A DNA stretch of 64,000 nt from Escherichia coli (GCF_009931435.1 NZ_CP043414.1), one strand, 5' to 3'; positions 37,349 to 54,672 are shown, numbered from the stretch's first letter. Notes: generated by a model not told the origin, from the letters alone. Made by a program: numbers and translations.

Positions 37349-39326
37349 GATGGTTTATCCGTAAGCTCGACGGTGCGCAAGAAGAAATCCAGCGTTTCGT
37401 CGATGGTTTCCTGCATATCAATTTTGGGTTCCCAGTCCAGGCAGCGGCGGGCATTACGGATGCTTGGTTTACGATGCTCTACGTCCTGATATCCCTTGCC
37501 GTAGTAGCTGCTACTTTCGACAACGCGAAAGCCCGCAAACGGTGGGAAGTGATGGCGCAGCGGATGTTTTTCGAAGCTCGCCAGCAGCATCTCGCCCAGT
37601 TCCTCAATGCTCGCTTCGTTATCAGGATTGCCAATGTTGATAATTTCGCCGTCGCAGCGATTGCCTGCATTTTCGATAATGCGATACAACGCTTCAATGC
37701 CATCCCGGATATCAGTAAAGCAGCGTTTTTGTTTTCCGCCATCAATCAGCTTAATCGGTGAACCTTCCACCAGGTTGAGAATGAGTTGCGTAATAGCGCG
37801 GGAGCTGCCAATTCGCGCTGCATTAAGGTTATCCAGTCGTGGCCCCATCCAGTTAAACGGGCGGAAGAGGGTAAACTGTAAACCCTCTTTTTCGCCATAG
37901 GCCCAGATCACTCGATCAAGTAATTGTTTAGACACCGAATAGATCCAGCGTGGTTTATTCACCGGGCCGACGATTAAATTAGAATGGTCTTCATCGAAGT
38001 ATTTATCGCTACACATCCCATAAACTTCTGAAGTCGACGGGAAGATGATTCGCTTACGGTACTTCACGCAGTAGCGGATAATGCGCAGATTCTCTTCAAA
38101 ATCGAGTTCAAATACGCGCAGCGGGTTGCGGGTATATTCAATCGGCGTGGCTATCGCCACCAAAGGCAAGACGACATCACATTTTTTGACGTGATACTCA
38201 ATCCATTCGGAATGAATACTGATATCGCCTTCGACAAAGTGAAAATGCGGATGATTCAGAAAACGGCTTATCGCATCGCTGCCGATATCCAGACCGTAGA
38301 CTTCATAGTGATCTTCGCGCAGCAGGCGTTCTGTCAGATGGTTGCCAATAAAGCCATTCACCCCGAGGATGAGTACCCGTGTACGGCGTCGGGCGGCGCA
38401 GGCAGGCTGGCTATTCAAGCGTGAACCTTGCACCAGCCCCAGTGTCTGCGCCAATTGCGAGCCTTGCATAGTAATGCCGTCGCCCGCCTGTCCGGTGACG
38501 ATTTCCAGCGCGCCATCGCCACAGGCAATCAGCAACGGCGCAACAGAAATCACGCTTCCCGGCTGCGCTGCGGATGTATGAGGATGTACGCGTGACGACC
38601 AGACGGTAAATTTTTGATTACCAACATAGCTGAAGGCTCCCGGCCACGGATCGGCGACGGCACGCACCATGTTATGCAATACTGCTGCCGGTTTATGCCA
38701 CTCGAGGAAGCTGTCTTCTGGCGTTCTGCGACCAAAACAGGTGGCTTCGTTTTCGCGCTGGACGATTTCCAGAATATTACCGTCTTTAATGGCGGGTAAT
38801 GTCTGCTCCAGTAGCTGGCGCGCGGCATGGCATAACTTGTGATGAAGCGTAATGGCGATATCGTCTGGCGCAATGGCAATGCGCAATTGGGCCACAATGG
38901 CCCCAGCATCGGCACGTTTCACCATTCGGTGCAATGTCACGCCAGTTTCCGTTTCACCGTTCACCAGCACCCAGTTCAGCGGCGCGCGACCACGATATTT
39001 TGGTAACAGCGAACCATGCAGATTAAATGCGCCTGCAGGGGCGAGCTGCAAAATCTCGTCGTGAATAAGATGGCGATAATAAAACGAGAAAATCACCTCC
39101 GGCGACATTTGGGCAATGCGCTCCACCCATAGTGGATGATTAACGTTATCCGGCGCGTAAACCGGAATGCCTCTTTCCGCTGCAAGTCGGGCAACCGAAC
39201 CATAAAAGGCTTTTTCACCGGGATTATCAGTATGAGTAAAAATAGCGCTAATTTCGTAACCGGCAGCCAGCAGGGCTTCAATACCGAGGCATCCCATATC
39301 GTGGTAGGCAAAAACGACGGTTTTCA

Positions 39327-39327
<1 letters not shown>
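37345..39327 (-). CDS. arnA: Bifunctional UDP-glucuronate decarboxylase / UDP-Ara4N formyltransferase ArnA
   Basis: 660 aa; N-terminal formyltransferase and C-terminal NAD-dependent epimerase/dehydratase ([10 protein letters not shown] Rossmann motif). Confidence 0.92.
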
Positions 39328-40298
<971 letters not shown>

Positions 40299-41456
40299 TT
40301 ATTGTCCTGCGAGTTGCTGAAGGGCTGTGATGACGCGGTCGGCATCGGCGGTGGTCATATCCGGGAACAGCGGCAACGAACAGATGCGTTCGCTATTCCA
40401 TTCGGTATTCGGTAACGACAGCTCGGGAAAACGCTCGCGATAATATTTTTGTGTGTGAGCGGCGCGGAAATGTAACCCGGTACCAATGCCTCTTTCTTTT
40501 AACGCTTCCATCAACGCATCGCGACTGATACCACAACGTTGTTCATCGACACGAATAATAAACAGATGCCAGGCGTGAACGTGCGGCCAGGCGGGAAGGC
40601 TTAATGGCTCAAAGGGGAGAGCTGCCAGAGCTTGCTGATATTGCAGAGCAATTTCGCACCGACGGGTGTTGAGGTGCTCTAATTTGGCTAACTGGGTCAG
40701 GGCAATCGCGGCGTTAATATCGGTCAGATTATACTTATAGCCCGGCGTTAAGACTTCAGCTTGCGGTGCACGGCCCCAGGTTTGTCTGTCATATGCATCG
40801 ACACCCAGACCGTGAAATTTCAGCATCCGTAGCTGGCGGGCAAGGTTTTCATTATCAGTAACAATCAGGCCACCTTCCGCACAGGTAATATTTTTGATGG
40901 CGTGAAACGAAAAAATAGCGGTACCTTTTGCGCCAATATGTCGGCCTTTGTAATACGTACCGACGGCATGGGCAGCATCTTCGATAACTGCGATGCCGTA
41001 ACGTTCGCCAATGGCGCGAATGGCGTCAATATCTGCTGGCGCACCGGCATAATGCACCGGAATGATGGCTTTAGTGCGTGGCGTAATGGCTGCTTCGATC
41101 GTTTCAGGCGTGACCATCAGCGTATCGCGGTCGACATCCACCATTACCGGCGTTGCACCCAACAAGGAGATCATATTGAGGGTTGAAACCCAGGTCAGGG
41201 AAGGCGTAATCACTTCATCGCCCTTGCCAATTTCCAACGCCATTAGCGTGATATGCATTCCGGCGGTGGCTGAACTGACCGCGATGGCATGCTGATTTCC
41301 CGTCAACTGGCAAAAGGCTTGTTCAATCGCCTGATTCTTCGGACCGGTTGTGATCCAACCGGATTCGAGAACCTCTTTAACTGCTGCGAGTTCCTCCACG
41401 CCCATTGCTGGTCGCGAAAAAGGCAAAAATTCTGACATTGCTTTTCCTTCCGCCAT
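40299..41456 (-). CDS. arnB: UDP-4-amino-4-deoxy-L-arabinose aminotransferase ArnB (PLP-dependent)
   Basis: DegT/ArnB aminotransferase; start ambiguous between ATG 41456 ([10 protein letters not shown]), ATG 41438 (MSEF, preceded by GGAAGGA) and GTG 41471. Confidence 0.88.
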   Translation of the reverse strand: MAEGKAMSEFLPFSRPAMGVEELAAVKEVLESGWITTGPKNQAIEQAFCQLTGNQHAIAVSSATAGMHITLMALEIGKGDEVITPSLTWVSTLNMISLLGATPVMVDVDRDTLMVTPETIEAAITPRTKAIIPVHYAGAPADIDAIRAIGERYGIAVIEDAAHAVGTYYKGRHIGAKGTAIFSFHAIKNITCAEGGLIVTDNENLARQLRMLKFHGLGVDAYDRQTWGRAPQAEVLTPGYKYNLTDINAAIALTQLAKLEHLNTRRCEIALQYQQALAALPFEPLSLPAWPHVHAWHLFIIRVDEQRCGISRDALMEALKERGIGTGLHFRAAHTQKYYRERFPELSLPNTEWNSERICSLPLFPDMTTADADRVITALQQLAGQ

Positions 41457-41536
41457 TGAATACCTGTCCACTTATATTTGCTATAAAGAGTGTTGTGTAT
41501 ATTTTGCCATTTGGAGCGAAATTCTAAGGATAGAAT

Positions 41537-41553
41537 ATTAACTTAACCTTAAG
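41537..41553 (-). promoter_or_regulatory. Candidate PmrA (BasR) box in the arnB/ais divergent region
   Basis: On the arn strand reads cttaag-gttaa-gttaat, a direct hexamer repeat with 5-nt spacer resembling YTTAAK-N5-YTTAAK; about 85-100 nt upstream of the arnB start. Confidence 0.4.
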
Positions 41554-41745
41554 AAATTAATATTAGACGTAAATATTGAAATTTTTATATTTTTTCTTAT
41601 TTAGGCTTTGCATTTGGCAAAATTTTGAGGCATTTTGCCGGCATCGTAGGATTTTTAATATTACACCAACTGCTAATTATCGCCAGAAATGTCGCTCAAT
41701 TTCACGGTAATTGTCTGGTTGCGCTTGTCTATAGGTGGAGTTTAC

Positions 41746-42348
41746 GTGTTAGCTTTTTGCCGCTCTTCGTTGAAGTCAAAAAAATATTTCATCATTTTAC
41801 TGGCGCTCGCTGCAATTGCCGGACTGGGTACTCATGCCGCCTGGAGTAGCAATGGTTTGCCACGTATCGACAATAAAACACTGGCCAGACTGGCACAGCA
41901 GCACCCGGTTGTCGTTTTGTTTCGCCATGCTGAACGTTGCGATCGTTCAACCAATCAATGCTTGTCAGATAAAACAGGTATTACGGTCAAAGGTACCCAG
42001 GATGCCCGTGAACTGGGCAACGCTTTTAGCGCTGACATCCCTGATTTCGATCTTTATTCCAGTAATACCGTCCGGACCATTCAGTCGGCGACCTGGTTTT
42101 CAGCGGGGAAAAAGCTGACGGTAGATAAACGACTTCTTCAATGCGGTAATGAGATTTATAGTGCAATTAAGGACTTACAAAGCAAAGCACCTGATAAAAA
42201 TATCGTTATTTTTACCCATAATCATTGCCTGACATATATTGCTAAAGATAAGCGTGATGCGACATTTAAACCTGATTATCTGGATGGTTTAGTCATGCAT
42301 GTAGAAAAAGGCAAAGTTTATCTGGATGGGGAATTCGTTAACCACTAA
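41746..42348 (+). CDS. ais: Lipopolysaccharide core heptose(II)-phosphate phosphatase Ais (histidine phosphatase fold)
   Basis: 200 aa from a GTG ([15 protein letters not shown]); signal peptide; RHAER histidine-phosphatase motif; divergent from arnB. Confidence 0.85.
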   Translation: MLAFCRSSLKSKKYFIILLALAAIAGLGTHAAWSSNGLPRIDNKTLARLAQQHPVVVLFRHAERCDRSTNQCLSDKTGITVKGTQDARELGNAFSADIPDFDLYSSNTVRTIQSATWFSAGKKLTVDKRLLQCGNEIYSAIKDLQSKAPDKNIVIFTHNHCLTYIAKDKRDATFKPDYLDGLVMHVEKGKVYLDGEFVNH

Positions 42349-42386
42349 ATTTTCAATCTGACAGCCAGTAATGGCTGCCATCACTG

Positions 42387-42812
42387 TTACAGAAGACCTT
42401 TCAAACGTAACGTTTTTCGGGTGGCGACATTCAAATCATAATGCACCAGATCTTCAGGTTTTACCCACGCGTAGTCCTGAAACTCTTCGTTTATTTTCAC
42501 TTCTCGGTTGGCAGAAACGCAGTCAAAAATCAGGTAAATCATATAAATCTCTTCCTTGCGGCCATCTGCATACGTCTTGGTGCGAATATCATCGCTGAAG
42601 GTCCACGGCGTGATTTCTGTCAAAAGCAGCTGTTCTCCCAGTTCTTCGCGAATTTCGCGGCGTAGTGCCTCTTCAATTCGTTCACCAGGCTCCACGCCGC
42701 CACCCGAAAGCGCCCATTGACCGGGGAAAACGCCGCGATCGTCGGCCATTTTACACAGCAAATAAGCACCATCATTTTCAATCAAAGGGCATACAATAGT
42801 CCGTTGTCGCAC
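42387..42812 (-). CDS. nudI: Nudix nucleoside triphosphatase NudI
   Basis: 141 aa from GTG preceded by AGGAG; Nudix box [24 protein letters not shown]. Confidence 0.88.
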   Translation of the reverse strand: MRQRTIVCPLIENDGAYLLCKMADDRGVFPGQWALSGGGVEPGERIEEALRREIREELGEQLLLTEITPWTFSDDIRTKTYADGRKEEIYMIYLIFDCVSANREVKINEEFQDYAWVKPEDLVHYDLNVATRKTLRLKGLL

Positions 42813-43090
42813 AGGAGTATTCCTTATAAATAAAAAGAAACCATGAGAATACGGCAACTTAGAAATATGTGAAAGTGACAGTAATCTCTTTTGCGATGAT
42901 AACTGTACTTATTATTATTTTTGTGTGTATCGGTAAAGTGTGTTTATTTTTTCGGCGTTTAATTATTTAAGAAGTATTTAGTTACAATAAGTGACTAGAT
43001 CCCTTTTTTCGCTCATTGAATCCTCTGTGCCAGGCAGTACAATCCCGCAGCTTTGGGAATTTTGATTTATTGCTTGTGGGAGAGGGGAAA

Positions 43091-43633
43091 ATGAAAAAAA
43101 TTGCGCTAGCAGGTCTGGCCGGAATGCTGTTGGTTTCTGCATCGGTCAATGCAATGAGTATCAGCGGTCAGGCGGGTAAAGAATACACCAATATTGGTGT
43201 CGGTTTTGGTACGGAATCGACGGGCCTGGCGTTAAGCGGTAACTGGACACATAACGACGACGACGGTGACGTCGCGGGTGTGGGGCTGGGGTTGAATCTG
43301 CCTCTTGGTCCGTTAATGGCGACCGTTGGCGGTAAAGGTATTTATACCAATCCGAATGATGGTGATGAAGGCTATGCCGCTGCTGTTGGTGGTGGTTTGC
43401 AGTGGAAAATTGGCAACAGCTTCCGTTTGTTTGGCGAGTATTACTACTCTCCAGATTCGCTCTCCAGCGGTATTCAAAGTTATGAGGAAGCGAATGCGGG
43501 TGCGCGTTACACCATTATGCGTCCAGTCAGTATTGAGGCAGGTTATCGCTATCTGAATCTGTCGGGTAAAGATGGTAACCGCGACAACGCCGTGGCTGAC
43601 GGTCCATATGTTGGGGTTAACGCCAGTTTCTGA
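43091..43633 (+). CDS. yfaZ: Outer-membrane protein YfaZ
   Basis: 180 aa from MKKIALAGLAGMLLVSASVNA (signal peptide); Gly/aromatic-rich beta-barrel-like sequence ending in F. Confidence 0.85.
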   Translation: MKKIALAGLAGMLLVSASVNAMSISGQAGKEYTNIGVGFGTESTGLALSGNWTHNDDDGDVAGVGLGLNLPLGPLMATVGGKGIYTNPNDGDEGYAAAVGGGLQWKIGNSFRLFGEYYYSPDSLSSGIQSYEEANAGARYTIMRPVSIEAGYRYLNLSGKDGNRDNAVADGPYVGVNASF

Positions 43634-43732
43634 TGCCTTCCGGCGCGGCATTCTGTCGCGCCATTCAGTTTCTTACTACGCCTTATCTCCCTTTGCGTTA
43701 TAGTGATTCGATAACAAAAGCAGGAGATAACC

Positions 43733-44935
43733 ATGTTAACAGTGGAAATGTTATCCACCGGGGATGAAGTGTTACACGGGCAAATCGTTGACACTAACGC
43801 TGCCTGGCTGGCCGATTTTTTCTTTCATCAGGGGTTGCCATTATCTCGCCGTAATACGGTGGGGGATAACCTCGATGACTTAGTGACCATTCTTCGTGAA
43901 CGTAGTCAGCACGCCGATGTGCTGATTGTGAACGGCGGGCTGGGGCCGACCAGTGATGATTTAAGCACACTCGCCGCTGCGACTGCAAAAGGAGAAGGCC
44001 TGGTGCTGCATGAGGCCTGGCTCAAAGAGATGGAACGCTATTTCCGCGAACGTGGACGGGTGATGGCACCGAGCAACCGTAAACAAGCGGAGCTGCCAGC
44101 CAGTGCAGAATTTATCAATAACCCGGTAGGCACCGCTTGTGGTTTTGCCGTGCAGCTTAATCGTTGTCTGATGTTCTTTACCCCCGGCGTACCGTCGGAA
44201 TTTAAGGTGATGGTCGAGCACGAAATCCTGCCGCGCCTGCGCGAACGTTTTTCTTTACCGCAGCCGCCGATTTGTCTGCGTTTGACTACCTTCGGTCGTT
44301 CGGAAAGCGATCTGGCGCAAAGCCTGGACTCCCTGCAACTGCCGCCGGGCGTAACAATGGGCTATCGCTCTTCTATGCCGATAATTGAACTTAAGCTGAC
44401 CGGACCGGCAAGCGAGCAACAGGCGATGGAAAAACTGTGGCTGGACGTTAAACGTGTTGCCGGACAGAGTGTGATTTTCGAAGGTACTGAAGGACTGCCC
44501 GCGCAGATCAGCCGCGAATTGCAAAGCCGTCAGTTCAGCCTGACATTGAGTGAGCAATTCACCGGTGGTTTAATGGCTTTGCAACTTTCTCGCGCAGGTG
44601 CTCCATTGCTGGCGTGTGAAGTAGTTCCTTCACAGGAAGAAACCCTGGCGCAAACTGCGCACTGGATTACAGAACGGCGTGCCAACCATTTTGCCGGGCT
44701 GGCACTGGCTGTTTCGGGTTTCGAGAACGAACATCTCAACTTTGCGCTAGCCACGCCAGACGGCACTTTCGCTTTGCGTGTGCGTTTTAGCACTACGCGC
44801 TACAGTCTGGCTATTCGCCAGGAAGTCTGCGCAATGATGGCACTGAATATGCTGCGCCGTTGGTTAAACGGTCAGGACATCGCCAGTGAGCATGGCTGGA
44901 TTGAGGTTGTTGAGTCCATGACTTTATCTGTCTGA
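43733..44935 (+). CDS. yfaY: CinA-like protein YfaY (MoCF-binding domain)
   Basis: 400 aa; AGGAG RBS; N-terminal molybdopterin-binding-like fold typical of CinA. Confidence 0.85.
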   Translation: MLTVEMLSTGDEVLHGQIVDTNAAWLADFFFHQGLPLSRRNTVGDNLDDLVTILRERSQHADVLIVNGGLGPTSDDLSTLAAATAKGEGLVLHEAWLKEMERYFRERGRVMAPSNRKQAELPASAEFINNPVGTACGFAVQLNRCLMFFTPGVPSEFKVMVEHEILPRLRERFSLPQPPICLRLTTFGRSESDLAQSLDSLQLPPGVTMGYRSSMPIIELKLTGPASEQQAMEKLWLDVKRVAGQSVIFEGTEGLPAQISRELQSRQFSLTLSEQFTGGLMALQLSRAGAPLLACEVVPSQEETLAQTAHWITERRANHFAGLALAVSGFENEHLNFALATPDGTFALRVRFSTTRYSLAIRQEVCAMMALNMLRRWLNGQDIASEHGWIEVVESMTLSV

Positions 44936-45154
44936 TTCCGCCACTCCGTGCCGGTTTACTGCACCGGCACATTCCCCCTCCGGCAAAATTTGTCCAACCT
45001 GTTGTACTCAATAAGAAAAAATCCGTGCGCTGATTCACAAATTTGTGCGTAATTTCTCCAGTCCGCTGGACGAGGTGCGGGATTTGATGCGCTTCACAAT
45101 TTTACTCCCCCTGAGCAACGAGACTGATTCCAGTATCTAAGACTGGAGTCCAGT

Positions 45155-45937
45155 ATGTTGGAATCAAGCAAAGTTCCCGCCCTGACACGGGCTATTGATA
45201 TTCTCAATTTGATTGCCCGCATTGGCCCCTGTAGTGCTGCGACGATCATTGACACATTGGGGATCCCTAAAAGCACGGCCTATTTGCTGCTTAATGAACT
45301 CAGGCGTCAGCGTTTTCTTAGCCTTGATCACCAGGAAAATTTTTGTTTGTGGACCAAGCTGGTGGAGCTTTCCGGTCATGCGTTAAGCAAGATGGATCTC
45401 CGGGAACTGGCTCGACCGCGTTTGACGCAACTGATGGATACCACCGGGCTGTTATGTCACCTGGGGATTATTGATAACGGCAGCGCTTATTACATTTTGA
45501 AAGTGGAGTCATCAGCCACTATCAGCGTGCGTTCCCATGAAGGAAAAAGCCTTTCGCTTTATCGCTCCGGAATAGGTAAATGCCTGCTAGCCTGGCAACC
45601 TGCATCTGTACAGCAAAGTATTATCGAAGGGCTGGTCTGGGAGCAGGTGACACCCACAACGATTACTCATCCACAGCAACTTCACGAAGAACTGGCGCGT
45701 ATTCGCCGTCAGGGCTGGAGCTATGACAATGGCGAAGATTACGCCGATGTCCGTTGTGTTGCTGCGCCGGTGTTTAACGCCAATAACGAGCTTACCGCTG
45801 CGATCTCGGTGGTCGGTACCCGCTTACAAATCAATGAAGAATACCGTGATTATCTGGCGGGCAAGGCCATTGCCTGCGCCAGGGATATTTCACGTCTGTT
45901 GGGATGGAAAAGTCCCTTTGACTTACAGGCCTCATAA
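45155..45937 (+). CDS. rhmR: IclR-family transcriptional regulator RhmR
   Basis: 260 aa; N-terminal HTH, C-terminal IclR effector domain; precedes the rhamnonate genes. Confidence 0.85.
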   Translation: MLESSKVPALTRAIDILNLIARIGPCSAATIIDTLGIPKSTAYLLLNELRRQRFLSLDHQENFCLWTKLVELSGHALSKMDLRELARPRLTQLMDTTGLLCHLGIIDNGSAYYILKVESSATISVRSHEGKSLSLYRSGIGKCLLAWQPASVQQSIIEGLVWEQVTPTTITHPQQLHEELARIRRQGWSYDNGEDYADVRCVAAPVFNANNELTAAISVVGTRLQINEEYRDYLAGKAIACARDISRLLGWKSPFDLQAS

Positions 45938-45951
45938 CAATGGAGAACAGC

Positions 45952-47157
45952 ATGACCCTACCAAAAATCAAACAGGTTCGCGCCTGGTTTACTGGCGGTG
46001 CGACAGCAGAAAAAGGCGCTGGCGGCGGTGATTATCACGACCAGGGGGCGAATCACTGGATTGACGATCATATTGCCACCCCGATGAGTAAATACCGCGA
46101 TTACGAGCAGTCACGCCAGTCATTTGGCATTAACGTTCTTGGCACGTTGATTATTGAAGTCGAAGCAGAAAACGGCCAGACCGGATTCGCCGTTTCGACA
46201 GCCGGTGAAATGGGCTGTTTTATTGTCGAAAAACACCTTAACCGTTTCATTGAGGGTAAATGTGTCAGTGATATCAAACTGATCCACGATCAAATGCTCA
46301 ATGCCACCCTGTATTACTCCGGCTCTGGTGGCCTGGTGATGAATACGATTTCCTGTGTCGATCTGGCTCTGTGGGATCTGTTCGGCAAAGTGGTCGGGCT
46401 TCCGGTTTATAAACTTTTAGGCGGCGCAGTTCGTGATGAGATTCAGTTCTACGCCACAGGTGCGCGTCCGGATCTGGCAAAAGAGATGGGCTTTATCGGT
46501 GGCAAAATGCCGACGCACTGGGGGCCACATGATGGCGATGCGGGGATCCGCAAAGATGCCGCTATGGTCGCGGATATGCGTGAAAAATGCGGTGAGGATT
46601 TCTGGTTAATGCTCGACTGCTGGATGAGTCAGGACGTGAACTATGCCACCAAACTGGCCCACGCTTGCGCGCCCTATAACCTGAAATGGATCGAAGAGTG
46701 CCTGCCGCCACAGCAGTATGAAGGTTATCGTGAACTGAAACGCAACGCGCCAGTCGGAATGATGGTCACCAGCGGTGAGCATCACGGCACACTGCAATCT
46801 TTCCGTACGCTTTCAGAAACCGGTATCGACATTATGCAGCCGGATGTTGGCTGGTGCGGTGGCTTAACCACGCTGGTGGAAATTGCCGCAATCGCCAAAT
46901 CCAGAGGGCAACTGGTGGTGCCGCACGGTTCGTCTGTTTACTCTCACCATGCGGTGATCACCTTCACCAATACGCCATTCAGCGAATTCCTGATGACCAG
47001 CCCGGATTGTTCAACGATGCGTCCGCAATTTGATCCGATTCTGCTTAATGAGCCAGTGCCAGTGAATGGTCGTATTCATAAATCAGTGCTTGATAAACCC
47101 GGTTTCGGCGTCGAGCTCAATCGTGACTGCAATTTGAAACGCCCCTACAGCCACTAA
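45952..47157 (+). CDS. rhmD: L-rhamnonate dehydratase RhmD (enolase superfamily)
   Basis: 401 aa from [13 protein letters not shown] with GGAGA RBS; an in-frame ATG at 45940 is an alternative start. Confidence 0.88.
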   Translation: MTLPKIKQVRAWFTGGATAEKGAGGGDYHDQGANHWIDDHIATPMSKYRDYEQSRQSFGINVLGTLIIEVEAENGQTGFAVSTAGEMGCFIVEKHLNRFIEGKCVSDIKLIHDQMLNATLYYSGSGGLVMNTISCVDLALWDLFGKVVGLPVYKLLGGAVRDEIQFYATGARPDLAKEMGFIGGKMPTHWGPHDGDAGIRKDAAMVADMREKCGEDFWLMLDCWMSQDVNYATKLAHACAPYNLKWIEECLPPQQYEGYRELKRNAPVGMMVTSGEHHGTLQSFRTLSETGIDIMQPDVGWCGGLTTLVEIAAIAKSRGQLVVPHGSSVYSHHAVITFTNTPFSEFLMTSPDCSTMRPQFDPILLNEPVPVNGRIHKSVLDKPGFGVELNRDCNLKRPYSH

Positions 47158-47213
47158 TCATTCCGGGCGTTGCTGTGACAACGGTAACGCCCACATATTT
47201 TAAGGAGCTTTTT

Positions 47214-48503
47214 ATGAGCACCGCTTTGCTTGACGCCGTGGTGAAGAAAAACCGTGCGCGTTTAATTCCGTTTATGTTGGCGCTGTATGTGCTGGCGTTT
47301 CTCGACCGTTCGAATATCGGTTTTGCCAAACAGACCTACCAGATTGATACCGGGCTGAGTAATGAAGCTTATGCGCTGGGAGCAGGCATTTTTTTTGTGG
47401 TATATGCGTTTCTGGGTGTTCCGGCGAATCTTTTGATGCGCAAACTGGGGGCAAGAACCTGGATTGGTACGACAACACTGCTGTGGGGATTTCTTTCGGC
47501 AGCCATGGCATGGGCCGATACTGAAGCGAAATTTCTGATCGTTCGCACTCTGCTTGGTGCTGCGGAGGCCGGGTTCTTCCCTGGTATGATTTATCTCACC
47601 TCGCAATGGTTTCCGCAGCGTAATCGCGCCAGCATTATGGGGCTGTTCTATATGGGCGCACCGTTGGCGTTAACACTGGGATCACCGCTTTCCGGCGCGC
47701 TGCTGGAGATGCATGGATTTATGGGGCATCCCGGCTGGTTCTGGATGTTTGTGATTGAAGGATTGCTGGCAGTCGGCGCTGGTGTATTCACATTCTTTTG
47801 GCTTGATGACACGCCAGAGCAGGCTCGTTTTCTGAGTAAAGAAGAAAAAACGTTGCTTATCAACCAACTGGCAAGTGAAGAACAACAGAAAGTGACTTCT
47901 CGACTGAGCGATGCGCTGCGTAATGGGCGAGTCTGGCAACTGGCGATTATCTACCTGACCATTCAGGTGGCGGTTTACGGATTAATTTTCTTCCTGCCGA
48001 CGCAGGTTGCTGCATTGTTGGGGACAAAAGTGGGCTTTACGGCGTCGGTGGTCACCGCCATTCCGTGGGTCGCGGCCTTGTTTGGGACCTGGCTTATTCC
48101 GCGCTATTCCGATAAAACCGGCGAACGGCGTAATGTCGCGGCGCTGACATTACTGGCGGCGGGCATTGGTATTGGTCTCTCCGGGCTGCTTTCTCCAGTA
48201 CTGGCGATCGTAGCGCTGTGTGTTGCAGCCATCGGGTTTATTGCCGTGCAGCCGGTGTTCTGGACGATGCCGACACAACTGCTTTCCGGTACGGCGCTGG
48301 CGGCGGGGATTGGTTTTGTAAACCTGTTTGGTGCAGTGGGCGGGTTTATTGCCCCGATCCTGCGCGTGAAAGCAGAAACGTTGTTTGCCAGCGATGCGGC
48401 TGGATTACTGACGCTGGCAGCGGTGGCGGTCATCGGTTCGCTGATTATTTTCACTCTGCGTGTAAATCGCACTGTTGCGCAGACCGACGTGGCACATCAT
48501 TAA
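47214..48503 (+). CDS. rhmT: MFS transporter RhmT (putative L-rhamnonate transporter)
   Basis: 429 aa from [10 protein letters not shown] with AAGGAG RBS; multi-TM major facilitator protein. Confidence 0.88.
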   Translation: MSTALLDAVVKKNRARLIPFMLALYVLAFLDRSNIGFAKQTYQIDTGLSNEAYALGAGIFFVVYAFLGVPANLLMRKLGARTWIGTTTLLWGFLSAAMAWADTEAKFLIVRTLLGAAEAGFFPGMIYLTSQWFPQRNRASIMGLFYMGAPLALTLGSPLSGALLEMHGFMGHPGWFWMFVIEGLLAVGAGVFTFFWLDDTPEQARFLSKEEKTLLINQLASEEQQKVTSRLSDALRNGRVWQLAIIYLTIQVAVYGLIFFLPTQVAALLGTKVGFTASVVTAIPWVAALFGTWLIPRYSDKTGERRNVAALTLLAAGIGIGLSGLLSPVLAIVALCVAAIGFIAVQPVFWTMPTQLLSGTALAAGIGFVNLFGAVGGFIAPILRVKAETLFASDAAGLLTLAAVAVIGSLIIFTLRVNRTVAQTDVAHH

Positions 48504-48519
48504 TAGGTTAAGGAACACC

Positions 48520-49323
48520 ATGAACGCATTATTAACCAATCCCTTTAAAGAACGTTTACGCAAGGGCGAAGTGCAAATTGGTCTGTGGTTAAGCTCGACT
48601 ACTTCTTATATGGCAGAAATTGCCGCCACCTCCGGTTATGACTGGTTGCTGATTGACGGGGAGCACGCGCCAAACACCATTCAGGATCTTTATCACCAGC
48701 TACAGGCGGTAGCGCCCTATGCCAGCCAACCCGTGATCCGTCCGGTGGAAGCCAGTAAGTCGCTGATTAAACAAGTCCTGGATATTGGCGCGCAAACTCT
48801 ACTGATCCCGATGGTCGATACTGCCGATCAGGCACGTCAGGTGGTGTCTGCCACGCGCTATCCTCCCTACGGTGAGCGTGGTGTCGGGGCCAGTGTGGCA
48901 CGGGCTGCGCGCTGGGGACGCATTGAGAATTACATGGCGCAAGTCAACGATTCGCTTTGTCTGTTGGTGCAGGTGGAAAGTAAAACAGCACTGGATAACC
49001 TGGACGAAATCCTCGACGTCGAAGGGATTGACGGCGTGTTTATTGGACCTGCGGATCTTTCTGCCTCGTTGGGCTACCCGGATAACGCCGGGCACCCGGA
49101 AGTGCAGCGAATTATTGAAACCAGTATTCGGCGGATCCGTGCTGCGGGTAAAGCGGCTGGTTTTCTGGCTGTGGCTCCTGATATGGCGCAGCAATGCCTG
49201 GCATGGGGAGCGAACTTTGTCGCTGTTGGCGTTGACACGATGCTCTACAGCGATGCCCTGGATCAACGACTGGCGATGTTTAAATCAGGCAAAAATGAGC
49301 CACGCATAAAAGGTAGTTATTGA
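48520..49323 (+). CDS. rhmA: 2-keto-3-deoxy-L-rhamnonate aldolase RhmA (HpcH/HpaI aldolase family)
   Basis: 267 aa from [13 protein letters not shown]; class II aldolase fold. Confidence 0.88.
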   Translation: MNALLTNPFKERLRKGEVQIGLWLSSTTSYMAEIAATSGYDWLLIDGEHAPNTIQDLYHQLQAVAPYASQPVIRPVEASKSLIKQVLDIGAQTLLIPMVDTADQARQVVSATRYPPYGERGVGASVARAARWGRIENYMAQVNDSLCLLVQVESKTALDNLDEILDVEGIDGVFIGPADLSASLGYPDNAGHPEVQRIIETSIRRIRAAGKAAGFLAVAPDMAQQCLAWGANFVAVGVDTMLYSDALDQRLAMFKSGKNEPRIKGSY

Positions 49324-49329
49324 TATCAA

Positions 49330-49358
49330 AGGCCCACGGGGAATTGCATGTGGGCCTG
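49330..49358 (+). terminator. Hairpin between convergent rhmA and rpnB
   Basis: aggcccac ... gtgggcct stem followed by a T-rich tract. Confidence 0.45.
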
Positions 49359-49364
49359 TGTTTA

Positions 49365-50267
49365 TTAGTGGTTATTGGCTGCAAGATCGGCTTCGCTTAG
49401 CTGGATGGCTGCGAGCACCTGGTCACGATCAATGCCCTGTTCCAGCATGCGCAAGGCAATTTTAATGGCTTGTTCATGCATGCCTTCCTGCCAGCCAATT
49501 TGATGCCCTTCCTGCCGTAGCCGTTCAGCAATAGTCATCAATCTCTCCTTTTGTAGTGGTGAACGTTCGGCAATCTCCTCAATAAAACGGGTGAAACGGG
49601 AGGTATCGCCGCATTGCAGCAGATAATTAAACAGCGTTTGTAGCTGGCTGTCATTAGTGAAGCCTCTAACCAAAAGCGTGGTGATCCTGTCGACCATACC
49701 GATTAAATCGCGGTCGCGAATATGCTTTTGAATCAGTTCCAGCAGAGCTATACGCCGATGTTGCATGATCTCATCGTCAGGCACGATGGTGATATCCACC
49801 AACGGAAAAGCTTCGGTGTACAACTGCCGGGCAAGTTGCGGATCATCAAACTCATCCAGCCAGTTAAGTGAGTATGGGTAGGGCGAGGTTTCGCCGTGAT
49901 AAAACAGCAACGGCACCACCAGAGGGACTCTGTCATAGCCTTTGTCCAGGTGACGCTGCATGGCGGCGGTGGCATAGCGCATTAGCCGAAAAGCCATATT
50001 CTTTTCTGCGGAACTTTGATGTTCAATCACGCAGTAGATATAGCCGTCACCATCGCTGGTTTCCACCGACCACAAAACATCCGAGTAGTAAGCGCGTAAA
50101 CTTTTTTCAATAAAGCTGGTGGGTTCCAGGCGTAAGGTTTGCAGGTTGCAAAGTTTACGCAGTGGCTCCGGTAGATGTATTTCGAGAAAATCCCGCGCGG
50201 TTTCGGGCGAGAACATAAAGGTTTTAAACACCGCATCATGCGGGGAGGAGGTTGTTGATTCGGTCAT
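49365..50267 (-). CDS. rpnB: Rpn-family recombination-promoting nuclease (YhgA-like, transposase_31 / PD-(D/E)XK)
   Basis: 300 aa; recognised as YfaD/RpnB ([33 protein letters not shown]...). Confidence 0.8.
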   Translation of the reverse strand: MTESTTSSPHDAVFKTFMFSPETARDFLEIHLPEPLRKLCNLQTLRLEPTSFIEKSLRAYYSDVLWSVETSDGDGYIYCVIEHQSSAEKNMAFRLMRYATAAMQRHLDKGYDRVPLVVPLLFYHGETSPYPYSLNWLDEFDDPQLARQLYTEAFPLVDITIVPDDEIMQHRRIALLELIQKHIRDRDLIGMVDRITTLLVRGFTNDSQLQTLFNYLLQCGDTSRFTRFIEEIAERSPLQKERLMTIAERLRQEGHQIGWQEGMHEQAIKIALRMLEQGIDRDQVLAAIQLSEADLAANNH

Positions 50268-50412
50268 GGTTGTCCGTCACCTGATATTTATGATGACGCG
50301 ACATTACGGGGATCTCGAAACAATGACATCTGCCAGTTTCTGCCTTTGCGAGACGTTTTCAGAAGAATTTTCAAAGCGATGCAACGCATACATTGAGCGA
50401 GGAATCGCGCCC

Positions 50413-50447
50413 GCAAAAATGCCCGATAAGCAATGCGCTTACCGGGC
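50413..50447 (-). terminator. Rho-independent terminator downstream of glpC
   Basis: On the minus strand gcccggtaagc ... gcttatcgggc stem (one mismatch) followed by ATTTTT. Confidence 0.6.
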
Positions 50448-50460
50448 ATCACAAGGAAGA

Positions 50461-54525
<4,065 letters not shown>

Positions 54526-54672
54526 TGTTATCCCTCTGAAGTTCGTTTTTTTACCATTTAGCCATAGTAAAAACATGAATTGTTTGATTTCGCGCATATT
54601 CGCTCATAATTCGAAAGTGAAACGTGATTTCATGCGTCATTTTGAACATTCTGTAAATCTTATTTAATAATG

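Noticed and set aside
44948-44971. Hairpin gtgccggtttactgcaccggcac downstream of yfaY as a terminator
   Set aside because: Good stem but followed by C-rich rather than T-rich sequence; could be an RNA stability element, but not confidently a rho-independent terminator.
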